This document shows positions 41,476 to 55,755 of a DNA stretch of 64,000 nt, in pieces. The stretch is taken from assembly GCA_000165425.1 (NCBI GenBank), contig CT867990.1:186001-250000 (forward strand), read 5' to 3'. A program made the translations under genes and the position numbers. The notes under the pieces were generated by a model. It did no database searches. It was not told where the DNA came from and worked only from the letters and a program-made list of their open reading frames with translations. The number at the start of each line of letters is the position of its first letter. Positions within the stretch are counted from its first letter, which is position 1. Source of the stretch: Paramecium tetraurelia (Eukaryota).

Positions 41476-44400
41476 ATGTAAAAAGTAGCATTGGCTTTGT
41501 ATGAGTACATTCATAAGAAGTACGTAGCCAAGATGATCCGTAGATCAGATGATTTGTATTCACGCCAGGTACGTGAGCCATTTGATTGCTTAGATAGAAT
41601 TCGACATGGGAGAAGCAGTTAATTTGAAGGGGATCCCTTCAGCTGAGCTAAGCAATGGTATTCGCTCATATTTATCCTACCCACAAATGTTCCGTGAGTA
41701 TGCTAACAGACCTGGGAATTGGATTTTCATAATAATTAATATCATTTGTCTATCAATAATCGATTTACATGGTGAAGACTTTTCTCTTTTTTATTAGTTT
41801 GTAATTCCTTTATTAACAGGCATTGCTGCATTTCTCGTAAAGATGATTTATTATCAATATATCAAATACTAATAGGATGAACTTATTAATAAGAGGAAAG
41901 TGACTATTTTTAAGAGATTAAAAAAAGGGTGTGCTGTCAAAAAACCTAAATAAGAAAAAGCGTTGCAGGAGGGGGACAACAAAAATAATAATCCTCCTAA
42001 AAACGAGATCGTTCTCCTCTCAGCCCCTCGTAAACAAGACATGTACAAACCCATGATAATATCCTCATTCCGAGAGGACAAGAAGATGGTACTATCCCCT
42101 CCACTTCAAACGGAATAGAAAGTTCCAATATTCGAGACAGTATACTGGGATCAAGTTGAAGTCGGAGATATTATATTTTTGTAAAGAAACGAAATTTGTC
42201 CAGCTGACATTCTGATTTTGGAATCTAATTTAGATCACTGTTTTGCCGACGTCACCAGTTTCAGTGGTAACACAAATCAAATTCAAAAACAACCAAACAT
42301 CCTGACAGCAATGTCAAGAGTCCATCAATTTAAGAACAATTGTTTTGAATATCGTTTGTTATTGAGTGGAAAAGTGAATTACGATCGACAATCAAGTGAC
42401 AAATCTCTTTACTCAGGTTTTGTGAGGTTGAAGAATGACCCTCAAGCCATCGACATAAAAAAGGAGAACATACTGTTCCGAGAGTAATTGCTCTTGAATT
42501 GTGATTACATCTATGGTATAGTGCTGTATGCTGGCATGTCTTCTCGCTATTATTACAACCAACCAAAGAACAGAATAAACAATTCCTTCTTCTACACAAA
42601 GATAGATCGTTACTTTTAATTTACTCTAATCCTGTTGATAGTGTTGTCATTTGCCTCTTGGATGGCAGAATCCCTGCGTTACATCTCCTATGGGAGAGGA
42701 TGGAGTCTCCAAACTTTGGCTAAATATTTACTGGGATACTTGAACATGATTCCATATTATCTGCACTCCATCATTGATTGTTAGACTCTCATTTCAATGA
42801 TCATAAAGAGTCATCAATTCAAATCGAGCACTCAGGAAGAAACCAATAAAGACAAGGATACTTCCTTCCAATTGCAGTCCTTCTATTCGAGGGTAAATGA
42901 TACTCCCTTGGCTGATTTGAGTCTTGTGGACAGTGTGATTTTTGATAAGACTGGCACAATGACCATCCCCCAATTTAAATTGAAGATGATCTCAATCAAT
43001 GACCAAATCTACAACATCAACAACAAGACCTTTGTGAATAAGACCAATTGGAAATCAATTCAAAAATAGCAACAAGATCATTATGAAATCCAACAATACT
43101 TTCTAAAAGACACACAATCTCCTGTCAAAATAGCATCCCAAGTCAAGATATCTCCTTCTCCAAAATAAATGAATGGTAGTACTAAGCGTTCTTCAATCAA
43201 GCCAATCAAACCAGAAGAGTACATTCCCCCCTCCAATAGCGAAACCAATAACAATGATTAAGCCAATTTTGATCCTGAGGAAATGGTGGATGACCATACC
43301 AAATTAAAAGAAATCCATAAAAGCAAGTAACCCAAATTGTTCCAAGATTCTTGGGGTTCCAACACAGACATTGTCAATGCCAACAACAACAATCCCCCGA
43401 GTCAAAACAATCAATAGAATTCTTCTTAATAGAATGAGATCAAAAGACAGACCTTTGTTGGAGGAGTCACCATTCGACGAAAACAGAGCATTAAGTTGGA
43501 TAGATCGGATAAATAGCAACGCAGGATGCAACTCGAGAAGTCAATGGTCTTCACAAAGTTCCTTTCGGATGAAGGTGTAAAGGCATCATTCGAGAGATTG
43601 AGCGATGAGCAAAAGAATTTGGATGAGAAGGATCTATTTAATCGTCTCATTACTTCGGAGACCAAGAAGTAAACTGAAGAAGCCATCTTTATCTTGATGA
43701 TCTGTCACAACACTTCTTCCTCCTTTAATAAGACTGAGGATCTATTTAAACACGAATTCTCATCTAATGTGGATAGTCTGCAATTGGACTTTATATCCAA
43801 CTTCGATTACAAGTTTATTTGTGCAGCCAAAAATAAATCGAAGTACATCTTGGAAATCGATGGAAATCTAGTTGAAGTCCCAGTCACTGTCACACAATTG
43901 GAACATTATAAAATCAGTGTTATAATTTCAAGGTAAGATTATACACGATTCTTTGAAGATGTAGACTTGGCATATGAATATGTTTAATTTATTAGAGATG
44001 ACAGTCAAGAAATGAGTGAACAAATCCTCATGGACAAAGAGGAGAGAGACAAATGGGATGCAATGATCTACAGAATGCATCAGAATGGTTGCAGACCAGT
44101 GATCTTCTTCAAATCCTTTTTGGATGCTAATCAACACACTTTATTTCTCAAGAACCCAATTCAAGAGTTGAAAATCCAACCCAGAGCCTACGAATTGTGT
44201 TTGGTCATAGGCATAAGGGAGAAACTCAGAAAATCCATCACGACAGTCATCAAGAACTTTCTGGCTGCTGACATGATTATTTGGATAGCCAGTGGTGACA
44301 CTCTAGATAAAGTGTTACCCATTGCCTATAAAACTGAAATCCTTAAGGATCTCATTCCTATTATACACTTCGATCAGTAGGAAGTCAATCTACAAATCAA

Positions 44401-47400
44401 ATAATAAATCTAATGGTTATACAATAATCAAATTAAGCATTTAAAAGAGGACTCTATCAGCGTTGAAAAAAGATAAACAGAACGAATGTTGTTGAGTCCC
44501 AATCAAAAAAGAATGTCAATTCATTCCAATGCCAGAAGACAAAGCACTAAAGGATTATTGCCTGGATTACCAAATAACCAGCAGAAGATTAAGCCATTTT
44601 CAATCCTTATTCACGGTGACACCTTGGAGAAGATATCGTAGGACAATTCTTTGTTTAATCATCTTGCTTTCATCATAGCCTTCTCAACTTCTGTTGTGGG
44701 ATACAGAATGACTAAATCCCAGAAGGCTATTCTAGGGAGGATCTTGTAGGAGAAGTAAGTATGGAGAAGAAAGATTTTAGTGATCGGAGATGAAATTAAT
44801 GATAGTCAATTGATGGCCTATTCAGATTTCGCAATTCAATTGCAAAGTGAAAGACAACTACAAAAAACAACTATAGAAAAGATGGAGCAATTGCAGAGAG
44901 GCAAAAAGGATCAAAAGAGTTCTAGGGCATAATTGACTAGTGGAAAGAACCTCAGCAATATCATAAGTAATGATTACATTTAAAATTAGAACATTCTTAC
45001 AAAACGATCCCTTTCATTGGCATGGCAGATATCGTAGTCAAAGACTTTAAGAATCTCATCAGTTTGGTTCTAAATGAAAGTAGACACTCTGCGGAATTGC
45101 TAGAGAATATTATCACATTCTCCTTTTATCGAAGTTACCTCTTATGTTTCACTCTATTTTTCTAGATCTTGTTCACTGGAATAACATTCTACCCTCCTCT
45201 AGATTTCTTTTAGAGTTTACTTTACATCATTCCTTGCTTTTCAATGTTCTTCTAACGTATAACTTAGAAGTAGGAGAAAGTGAGCAGCATGAAGAATCAG
45301 TTGGTCTTTTTCTATAATCAAAACCAGTTGGATTTCAGACAAATGAGATATTGGTTGTTCTTCTACAAGGTGATTCTGTACTCGGCATTTGAAGCACTCA
45401 TCATTTCGGTGACTCTTCAGAACATGGACTTGAAGAGCAACAAAGGATTTAGCTTTGATGAATAGATGAAATCGATTCAATAGTTTGTGATCATACTGTT
45501 ATTGGATTTGACTAAACTGCTTACTCATGCCAACATCTACCAATTTATTATTTTGCCTATTGCCTACTTCGGATTATGCACTGTTGGTTATTTAGACTAT
45601 TTCGACTATTAGTATGGTGAATTATTCTAGTTCGTACTATCTTTGCAATCTATTCTCTTTATCATAGCAATCTAGTTGATGTTCTTTTGTTTCTAGAAGA
45701 TCTTGACTCAGTTTCATTCCATTTACATGCACAATCACATATACTCCCCTGAGGATCAAATAGAAATCAACAATAAAATAAAGCCAATCCAAATTTACAA
45801 TCATAAAAGGAAGAAAGAAAACATCGTAATAAACATCTAGAAGTACGTGTTGAAGTTATTCAAAAACGAAGAAGAAATCGACCCTATAATAAAGCAAGTG
45901 CTCTCTGGGATTGTATTGAGTGTGAAGACTACCAAGATTAACAAAATCACTCAAACCTTCAAGAACATGCAATTGGAGATTAAATATCAACTGAATGAAT
46001 TGCCCTCCATCATTGAATATTATCGACTCTACTATCCATTGAGTTGGATGTTGGTGGAAGGAGCCATCTTGGTATAAATTTGGTTGATAAACACCGACGT
46101 AGATTACACTTGGTTCCTCTACTTCACCTTCGGATACAATGCAGCCTAGGTATTGATGGCTTTGTTCATCTACACAGTTGCTTTTAAGAAGTACCATTTC
46201 AGGATCAGCAAAATATTGATTACGTGTAGATTGATTTACAAGATCATCTACGACGCCTACTTCTATTAGGATAACAACAATGAATTAACAGACATGTTGA
46301 TTATGCAGTTGTTCATGTTGCAACCACTTATTGATGACAGGCCCTTGACAATCATCTTTTATTGTTTTGTAGTTAATATCAGTTTCATCGTCAGATTCAG
46401 TGCCAACAACACCACTTCTGATGAGAATTTCAATAATTACATCATGTTGAATTACTATCTCATTGCCCTGATGCAAACAGCCTTGTCCAGTGGAATGCAT
46501 CTGAGAATCCAAAGAAACTCCAGAGAGGAGTTCATTCAGATGTTGACTCTGGATCAATAAACCAATTCCATTAGTGACACCCTGAGCATTTTGATGCCCA
46601 GATTCATAAGAAACATGATCAATCAAAAGGGAGAATTCGACATCTAAGAGAATCAAGGAGAAGTGGCAATTCTATTCTGTGACATCTGTCAATTTGATAA
46701 AATTATTAAGACAGAGAAGGAGAATGTCATCCATCTCTTGGATATCCTATTTAGACAATATGATTCCCTATGCAGTTAATATGGATTATAGAAGGTTGAA
46801 ACAGTCGGTAAAACATACATGGCAGCAGCAGGACTCAAAAACATAGCCACTCAAAGCAACGTCAATCCAGTTCTCAGGACAATTCAAGTGGCATTCGAAA
46901 TGAGGAGATTCGCTCAGCAACAAAATTTTGGTACATCTGAGGAGATCATCGTGAAGATTGGTGTTCATTATGGGAATGTTATTGCTGGAGTCATAGGATA
47001 TCACAAACCTCAATTCTCGTTGATAGGAGATACTGTCAATACAACCTCTAGGGTTTGTTCAACTGGTTAAGATGGTTAGATTAAAATATCAGAGGAGGCC
47101 TATAGACTAGTGAGTGGATCACAGGATTTCCTTTTTACACAAGATATTGTAGATGCAAAGGGAAAGGGATCGATCGTCACTTACATCCTATCGGAATAAT
47201 AAATGACAAAGAATTTGAGAAATAAGAGTAAGTCTTCAAAGCAGAATACTAACAATTACACTTCAAATTCTGTAACTGCCATTGACAGTCCTGCCAAGTT
47301 TAATAGAGACAAAAAGGTTAAGAGAAAACCAACTCTAGTTTTGCCTCATTTGAAGTAAAATAATACAAAATTACAACACAAATCTAGTTTGAATGTGGAT

Positions 47401-48966
47401 GCTCATCAGCAACAGCAATCACATGGTGATAGTGATCATGCTAATCATGTTGGATAGAAATTCTCTGTTGAAGGTGCTAATTTGATTGAAGCAATAGAGA
47501 TTAAATTGGGGAAGGAGAATCTATTGGTTGATGAAAACTTTGATTTTCTGAGTGGAGAGATAGAGAAGGAGAAACTAAAATAGTTAAATCAAAACGAAGA
47601 CGAGTTTAAGGAATGCGATGTTCTTATTCTAGATAAGAAGAAATTATTCTTAGATTTCCATCCTGATGTAGATCCTTAACACATTGAAGACTTTTACAAA
47701 GAGTTGACTAAGAAGAATGCATTGTTGGTGATATTGTTGAAGGCTGGAGTGGCAACATTATTATTAGTTTAAAATACCTCTACGATTCTAATTTCTTAGA
47801 TCTTTGAAAACTAGTACACATGGTTTATCAATCTGAGTTTTGGATATTTTATTGTTACAATCAAATTGGGGTTTCTTATTCTTTTGTTAAGGAAGCAATA
47901 CAGAGACAGAGTATTCAAAGAAACCTACTTTATTTACAGTTACATCGTAACCATGGTTTGGTGGATCATACACATATTCTCATACTAGAGTTTTATTGTT
48001 GGAGAAATATGCATTGCCGTTGGAGTATTCCTGTCCTTTATGACGTAACTCAATCCAATAATCAAAATGAAGTACAAGGTCATAGAAAGCATATCAATGA
48101 TCTCAGTTAATTTGATTGTTGTGCTCGTTAAGAATTGGGAGAAGAGTCTAATATATTATGCTATCATTTTATAATTGATTTTCATTTCTAATCAAGTTTA
48201 CAAATTCAATAAGAATGTACAAATGTACAACAACAAATGCAAACTCAAAGCAAAACATCAACAATTAGATTAATTGGTAAAACATCAATTGCCAAGACAT
48301 ATGTTAGAACAATTTCTGAAGTTCCAATAACAAAGAGCAGTTTTGAAGGACAGTTATGATAATGTTACATTACTTTTTGCAGATATCGCAGGATTTACTG
48401 AGTATTCAAGTAGAGTACCACCAGAATAGGTTGTATTCATGTTGAGAAATCTATTCACTGAGTTTGATAAATGTTGCTAAGAGAAATCAGTCTATAAATT
48501 GTATACCATAGGGGATTGCTATGTTGTGATGGGGATGCTAGATGCGAAAGATAGGAATATTGCATAGGAAGCAAAAAACACCGTAGAATTAGGGTTTGAG
48601 ATGATCAACATTATCAAACGGGTCAGAGACCATATCAACTTCTAAGGGTTGGATATGAGGATAGGAATTCATACTGGATCCATTATTGGAGGAGTTTTGG
48701 GTACTGAGATTGTCAGATACGACATATATGGGCCTGATGTACTTGTGGCAAATAAGATGGAATCAAAGGGAGAGAAAGGGAAATTGTAGGTTTCATCCAG
48801 TACGAAGGAGATCTTGGAGTAACACTTTCCTGAAGAATTCAAATTTACTTTCCACACTACTGTTGAAATACCCTCAATCGATAGATCTACAGATGGCTTC
48901 TTTGTCAATTTCAAATCTTATGATGAACCCTCGATGGATGTACAAGATGAAGTTTCAGATTGTTGA
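41476..48966 (+). CDS. Alveolate-type P4-ATPase-like / guanylyl cyclase fusion protein (~2,480 aa)
   Basis: VEVGDII, IFDKTGTMT, YRMTKSQKA, IGDEIND, FSFYRS; then two TM blocks each followed by a class III cyclase domain (ILFCDICQF, KVETVGKTYM, GDTVNTTSR; LLFADIAGFT, KLYTIGDCYV, RYDIYGPDVLVANKMES). Confidence 0.93.
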
Positions 48967-49148
48967 CTCTGATTAGTAGTTTGATAACCATATATTCCTT
49001 ATTTTATAATTTCACTTTTTATTTAAAATTTTTCATGTGCATGTGTCAAATAGTTTTGCGTTGATTCAGTTAATGGAATACAATCTATTACGGCTGTGTT
49101 TTAACATCTAAAAATAGATATTAAAAGTTAAATTAATATTAAAATTTG

Positions 49149-50048
49149 ATGCTCTTCTTATATTATCACATAGGATTTGCTGGTTTCATCCTCTTAATAC
49201 AGTTGTACCTGCTATGTAGGATGTATAGAAAGAAGAATATTACAAATGCATCAGCAATAACCCCATCGAATATAATGAAGACAGTTCCTTCAAGTAGAAC
49301 ACATCATTCGACTCACAGATCTTCAAAACATTCTGCCTAATCTGACGATCATCACATCATCACCTTATAAAATACTCAACGTTTACACAGAACTCTTTAA
49401 AAAAAAGGAACATTTACAATTGAGTCAGTACCAGATACCAATTAATAAGCCAGAAACAGTATCAAATCAAATGCTGCAGTGTCTCCAGCCAGAAATCTAC
49501 TCAAAACACCTACTCTAATAAGAAAAAACTCTGGCTACCAAGTAATTAAAACAAACAATAGAATTGAAACTCAATAATTTAATCACCATCAGCCTAATAA
49601 TCTAGCCACCATACCATCTTTATAAGAATTACCAGATTCGGTTAGATAGAGTGAAATCTAATTGATAGGAGAAATCAAATAAAATTAAGATAATAGATAA
49701 AATTATTTTTATACTAATACTGTTTATAGAGTATTAACGAGATGTGTCATTTCTCAAGGATTGATTGGTTGCTTTTTGCTTTTGGGATTGCACCCTGCCT
49801 TGTGTGTGTTAATAGATTTGGTCGCAGTTTGGATATTCAGATTTTTGCAATCGGACAGGAGATGGGTTCAAGTGCTACAATTATTCATTAGCTTTGGATT
49901 TGACATTTCTATTCTTCTCTTATTCTAAATCGATCTAACTTGGACCATCTCCTTAGTCGTTCTTATCTTCGTTGATTCAGTCTTGGAAGTGATAATCCTC
50001 AAAGCTTAAAGATCTACTTCCTCAGAAACAATTCAAACTCAAAACTGA
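49149..50048 (+). CDS. Hypothetical membrane protein (N-terminal TM, hydrophilic loop, C-terminal TM cluster)
   Basis: 900 nt code-6 ORF with hydrophobic segments at both ends. Confidence 0.6.
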
Positions 50049-50267
50049 AAATATTAATATATATATTTTCAACTAAATTAAGAAATGAAGAATTTCTTTC
50101 ATGTCCTAAAAAATAATTATATATAAATTAATTATTAAATGACGGAATAATTTGTTGCATAATGAATCACGAAATTTTGAAAATAATATATTTTAATGAT
50201 GAAATATCATAATTCAAAGCTTAGCGATATCTTATTTATTCAATTCAATATTAAATACACTAAAAAA

Positions 50268-50641
50268 ATGTAAAGGAAATAGTAATTCGAAAGTGATTTC
50301 AATAATTTCTAAGAAGCAAGCAAAACCTCACTCGATTAAATGTTCAAACTACAAGACCTCAATGAAAAGAATAAGGAAACCTGTCTCAGAAACGCTAAGA
50401 CTTTTGAATTATTTGCTACTTGTATGACTTCTAGATTTATGTAGGTATGGAAAGACATGAGGGCAAAATAGACAACATAGCTAAGTATCTCTCTATGAAG
50501 ATGCTCTTTATCGAAAAATAAGCATTAGAATGCTACAAGGGAAACACAAATGATCGAGAATTCGAAAGATGCCATCAAAGAGTCGAATAGCAGCTTCACG
50601 ATGTTTACAGTGAATACTACTAAGGCTTACTTAACCTTTGA
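50268..50641 (+). CDS. Small helical protein with twin Cx12C motifs
   Basis: CLRNAKTFELFATC and CYKGNTNDREFERC after removal of a 23-nt intron. Confidence 0.65.
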
Positions 50642-50730
50642 CTTCATTTATATTATTTAACAATCAATTACCAAATCTTATTTTCCCATCATTAACTTTA
50701 TATAAATTTTTACATTTTATATAATTATAA

Positions 50731-51621
50731 TCAATTTCTCAATAAATTCAAAATGTTCTCAAATATTTTATACATGTTTATCAGATCACTCATATATTCA
50801 TTATGATAAGTGGCCTAAACTTTATTCTATTACATAACCGATTGTCATACATCATCATTGCATGCAAAACATCTACCAACATAACCAGAAACACACCTTT
50901 GACAATAGTTATGAGCACAAGGGATCACAGTAATTGTATTGTGCAATTCCTTTCTGCAGAACTTGCATGTTAACTATTACTTAAACATAAACTATCTTAT
51001 TAAGTATTTCGTACAGTAAATTACTCCAATTGCTAGGATTTGATTTATAAATTCTTCATCTTAATTTAACTCTCGTAATTCTCGTCAATGGCCTTCCTCA
51101 AGGTCTCATCCATTCTTCTGTAGGTGTCCTTATACTCTTATTCTATCCTTTTGATTTAGATGTCTGTAGACGAGATTTCTATCTACTATCGCAAATCACT
51201 ATTTATTATTTTTAGATAAATAATTTATTATTCTTATTCTTCTAACTGCATTTTTAATTTTATGTTTTCCAATTTCAAATCTTCTATAGTTCTATTCTAA
51301 ATAACCCCAAACACAAATTACTTGTTCCTAATATTTGCTTTCAAATTCTAACTATAATTTGTCTACTGATTGGAATTCTTGTTGTTGTTTGGATTGTTGC
51401 ATTCGCTTTGAGACTGAATCATCAGTTATGCTCTGAATTTATTTTTTTATCTCAGTTTGAGATTTCATTATGCTTAATTGTCTCTTCTGTTTCTGCACAA
51501 GGGGCTGCTTATAAAACTTCTCTCCTTAGAGATAACTCGTATTCTCAAAGTGCAACTTGGTTTTATGGGATGGTTTAGGAGACTAGGTTTATTCTAACAA
51601 AGGAAGCTTGTTAATTAACAT
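50731..51621 (-). CDS. Coiled-coil protein with C-terminal C3HC4 RING finger
   Basis: CKFC...IPCAHNYCQRC...CFAC; 24-nt intron containing in-frame TGA near the 3' end. Confidence 0.75.
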
Positions 51622-51668
51622 AATTTAATAAAGAAAGGAATATATAGGCTTTTTAAAATAGAAAATTA

Positions 51669-52334
51669 TCAAAATAATTCGTCTGATTTTTCGCTTTAAT
51701 CCCATTTGGCTAGGGTAATCGAATGCTTGAATTCGAACTTATTATACGGATAACGAGATGATTCGACACTTGATTTCTATCTACGTTGTGGTACCAGTGT
51801 ATAGTCTAGTTTTATTTTCTCCTTTGGATAACGATCGTACAAAAGGCATTTCTCTATTTATAATCCTATAGTATCTTTAATTTCAATAGGTTTTTGGTGT
51901 TTTTTGGATCTTCTCATCATGGGAGTTGCTGATTGTGTTCTTGACGTTTGGCTACGAGATTCGCTTCTTTTATAATTCAACATGGATAGACTCTTTATTT
52001 GAGGGGCTTCCTTAATTTAAACTTGAGGGGTAACAGTTCTAACCTTCTTAGGCAAGTAGGCATCCTCTAAGATTTTTTATTTGTTCTCAATGCTCTGCTA
52101 AATCTGAGACTTCTGTCTAGAGAGAGAGTTGCTCTTTCGAGTAGTTTGCACCTAGGTGAATGATTATTCAAATGGTTAGAAATTAAATTGTTTTCCACTT
52201 GGAGTCCATATATCGTGGAAACTATTCCAGAGTGACATACGGTTTTGATTGAAATGTTTACGAGTCTAATTAGGTTTATCTTGAACTTGTAAAGTGACTA
52301 ATTTAGTAATCTTTAAATCAAATAATTATTACAT
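51669..52334 (-). CDS. Hypothetical basic low-complexity protein, up to 221 aa
   Basis: 666 nt intronless code-6 ORF; true start may be a downstream ATG. Confidence 0.6.
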
Positions 52335-52337
52335 TTA

Positions 52338-52985
52338 ATGGCATTCTCACATTTGATAAATTGTCTTTTGTTAGCATTTGGACCCTTCTTTGTTGTATAC
52401 AAGGCAAGATCACTGTAAGATTCTTGTATTAAAACTAGTGCTGAACAAGGAGCCTATAAGACTGTATTGATTAGCATTTTAGGATGTTTGCTGACATAAT
52501 TTTGTAAATTGTTTCTGTTGGCCTCTTTGTCGGTGATTACAGAATAATTGATTCATGTAAGGGATGGCACTTAAATTGTAGATTAAATTGCTATTCGATT
52601 TGATCGATTGCTATGGAATCATTTTAGTATCGAAATAGAAGACTAACATTGATGATAAAATAAGCAGAATATTTGCAATTGCAATCGGATGGGCTTTGAT
52701 GGATTGTGTGATGAAACACCTCTTCACTTTCATTCCAAATGCTACAACTGATGAGTTTACATGGACATTCATTTTAAGAGGAATCACAGCCAATTTAGAG
52801 TTTGTACATACATTATTTTAAATTAGTTTGAAACCTTGTTCTTGGTTGGACTACTGCATTCAAAAAACAAAATTAGTTATGCCATGATAATGATTAAGGT
52901 TCTTGTACTCCCGAATTTCCAAGATATCATCACCAGAGGCGGATTGTCTTCAGTATACATGCTTGTGTCTAGATTTGTTATATGA
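52338..52985 (+). CDS. TMEM147: TMEM147 (BOS complex subunit) homolog
   Basis: MAFSHLINCLLLAFGPFFVVYK...TQFCKLFLLA...EFTWTFILRGITANL parallels the TMEM147 family pattern; two introns. Confidence 0.8.
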
Positions 52986-53015
52986 GTATTTTTACAATTT
53001 ACAAATATTTTATAA

Positions 53016-54461
53016 ATGCTTCAAGAATGCAAATCAGAATTGGCATCATGCAAAGCCAAACTCATATCCTTGAGCATAAAGGACATGTCTAAACTATTAC
53101 CCATGTGTAAGACTAGTACAAGTAAGAACGAGATTTTCATTTTGAATGACATGATTGAAAAATCTGACTTTGATGAAGAGAAGGAGAGGGTAGTGTGTTA
53201 ACGTGATTCTTTAAGGACAACACTAAGACCAGTTTGAGACTGTTAAGAAATGATGTACAGAGATACATCAAGGAGTTGAAAGGGTTCACTAACAGTCACG
53301 AGTATTATTAAAAAATTGAAAGCATGGCAAAAAATATTACCAACGAGTATTAATCTATATCCATGTTTTCATAGAATAACAGAGTACAAAACAAAAATGT
53401 CATATTAATTTGATGATTTAGCATAGCAGGAAGAGGCATTGACTGATGAATTGAAAATGCTTGAACAGAAAATGGACAATTATGATGTTGTTCAGAAGTA
53501 ACCAGTTATAAAAAGAAAGCCTATGCAAAATAATGAAGAGACTATAAGTGAATTGGGATTGATCAAATAAAAAGTGGATTTGATAGATGAAAAAATAGAT
53601 TAAATCAAACTCTTAGAACCAGAAGATCACAGAGAGTTCTTGAGAGTAAGAACCAAACATAAAGGCAAAGTATCACAGAATTTTGTCAATGATTGTCTCA
53701 AGGCTATTCCATTTATCACTGAGGATCAATTGATGGAACAAATTGAAAACTACAATCTATTGCAATAATTTGAAGATGAAAAGAAGGAACTACTTACGGA
53801 GTACAAAAGAAAAAAGGAGGAGAACAAGTAAATTCAGTTGCAATAAGAATAACAATAATAAGAAATAGAAAGATAAAAATAAGTCAAAAAACCACTGGTT
53901 CCAAAGGAGGAGAGAGATAAATTGAAAGAAGATATAAAACAATGGAAGATTAAGAAGGTTACATAGAAAGCAATCGATGAAATTGAGTATGATACAAAAA
54001 AAGATATTGAGAAATAGAAATCTGAAATGTTGAAGAAGGAAAGAGAAGAAAAGAAACTACAAGTCTAATATTATAGGGAATAGAAATTAATTGAAAAATA
54101 AAGAGAATAAGAATTAAAATAAGTAGAAACAATGTCTAGAAGATATGTTAGTTAAGAAGCAATAGAGAGAATAAAAATGAAAGAAAATTAATTACTTGAA
54201 AAAAAGAAGAGTATTCTTGAATAGAAATAAAAGAAACAATTTGATTAGGAGATCAAATAATAAGCAAGGGATGAAGATAAGTATATTAAATTTGCTTATG
54301 TTGAATCAAAATTTAATGAGACAACAAAAGCAGCAGAATAATAAAAGAGATAAAAATTTGATCCAAAAATTGATCAAGGAAAATATGCAGATACTTTTGG
54401 AGGTAATTTATTAGGAGCTGGTAGAAGAGCCATTCCTGGTTGGAGATAAAATTTAGGTTGA
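53016..54461 (+). CDS. CCDC112: CCDC112-like coiled-coil protein
   Basis: Long E/K/Q coiled coil, EDHREFLRVR, C-terminal RAIPGWRQNL signature; tiny introns. Confidence 0.7.
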
Positions 54462-54486
54462 ATAATCCTATTTATGATATGCTTTA

Positions 54487-55686
54487 TCAATTTAGTTATA
54501 TTTCTGCAATTGATTTTCTTAATTCTTAACTTAAACCTGAGTTGAATATTATGAGTATTTGATTGACTGTTTCCACTTATCCAACTCTATAAGTTTATTT
54601 ACATTGAATTACCTGCTATCAAAGATGGCTCTAAGATTCTTCTCTTCGTCTTAACAAGTTTTGACCCAATCATTAAGTTCCTTAGTTTTGATGGATGCAA
54701 TTGATTTGTTAGTATTGACATCGTTTGTTACTTCGACAATATCTTATTGTAAATGTAAGACTTAGGCCTTCAATTCAGCTACTGATGCAGCCAAAGTTTG
54801 ATTAGCTAAAAGTATGATCTCTCTATCTATTAGTATAATCGTAAGTACCTTTGTCTGATGAATTCGACTTCTCTTGCATCGTCAACCAATAATTCTTACT
54901 TTTAGAGTTCATAGATTGAATCAATTAATCCCTAAATGGTGGCAACTAGTCTTTCAACTTATTCTGGTGTTTTAGCTTATGTTGATGCTTTCAATAACAA
55001 TTCGACCATGATTCCATAACCTCTGGGTTTTGGATATGCTTCCTCTAAAAATAATAGAGATTCAGATATACTGAATTTGGAATAATGTTCACTTGAACTG
55101 ACTTGCAAGAAGCTAACAGAACCTAATCCGGAAACAATTGATTTTGCTTCTCCTAATGCTGCAACATAGTTTGTCAATTCATTTCTTCTTTCTTGATATT
55201 CTTATTTTTGTTCTTCTCTTGTAGCTGTAATGAGTGCAAGTTTATCATTGTTTCTTTGTTCTTCAGAGTCCTTCACTAATGCTTGCTCTTATTTGCTAAT
55301 CAATTCTTCATTGATCAATGGCACTAGCATATGAATTGAAGTATATACATTTTCTTTCATCATCAGCTCTCTTGGCATTTGCTCTATCGATAACACTCTA
55401 AGCATCATCTTGTCTTGTTTGACATTAAGCCTGTCTATTTCTCAAATTAGCTTGAATAGCTCCTTTCTCTTATTCAGCTGATTTCAATATTTCATTTAAT
55501 GAATCCACAACAGAATCTACTGCTGATCCATTTGACAATTCCAATTAGACAGTTTGTAATATTGTTCTTCCGAAATCTGTTTTTGGTAACTAACTATTAC
55601 GAAGTTTGTACTGTATTAAAGATGTCAATGGCTTCAGTGGCTGTTGACAAAGCAATCACAACACAGAGAAATGCAATAATCTTCAT
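54487..55686 (-). CDS. Trichocyst matrix protein precursor
   Basis: Signal peptide MKIIAFLCVVIALSTA, TDFGRTILQTVQLEL, central SFLQ motif, two heptad-rich halves each with a Cys. Confidence 0.8.
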
Positions 55687-55755
55687 TTAATTTAATAATC
55701 TGCATAGAAAACGAATTTTTGTATTTTCATCAAAATTTTTATATTAATAATTATA

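Noticed and set aside
45856..47013. Minus-strand ORFs in the track (45856-46197, 46285-46656, 46786-47013) and similar ones at 42330, 43304, 43928, 48669
   Set aside because: Antisense shadows of the guanylyl cyclase coding sequence; no motifs of their own.
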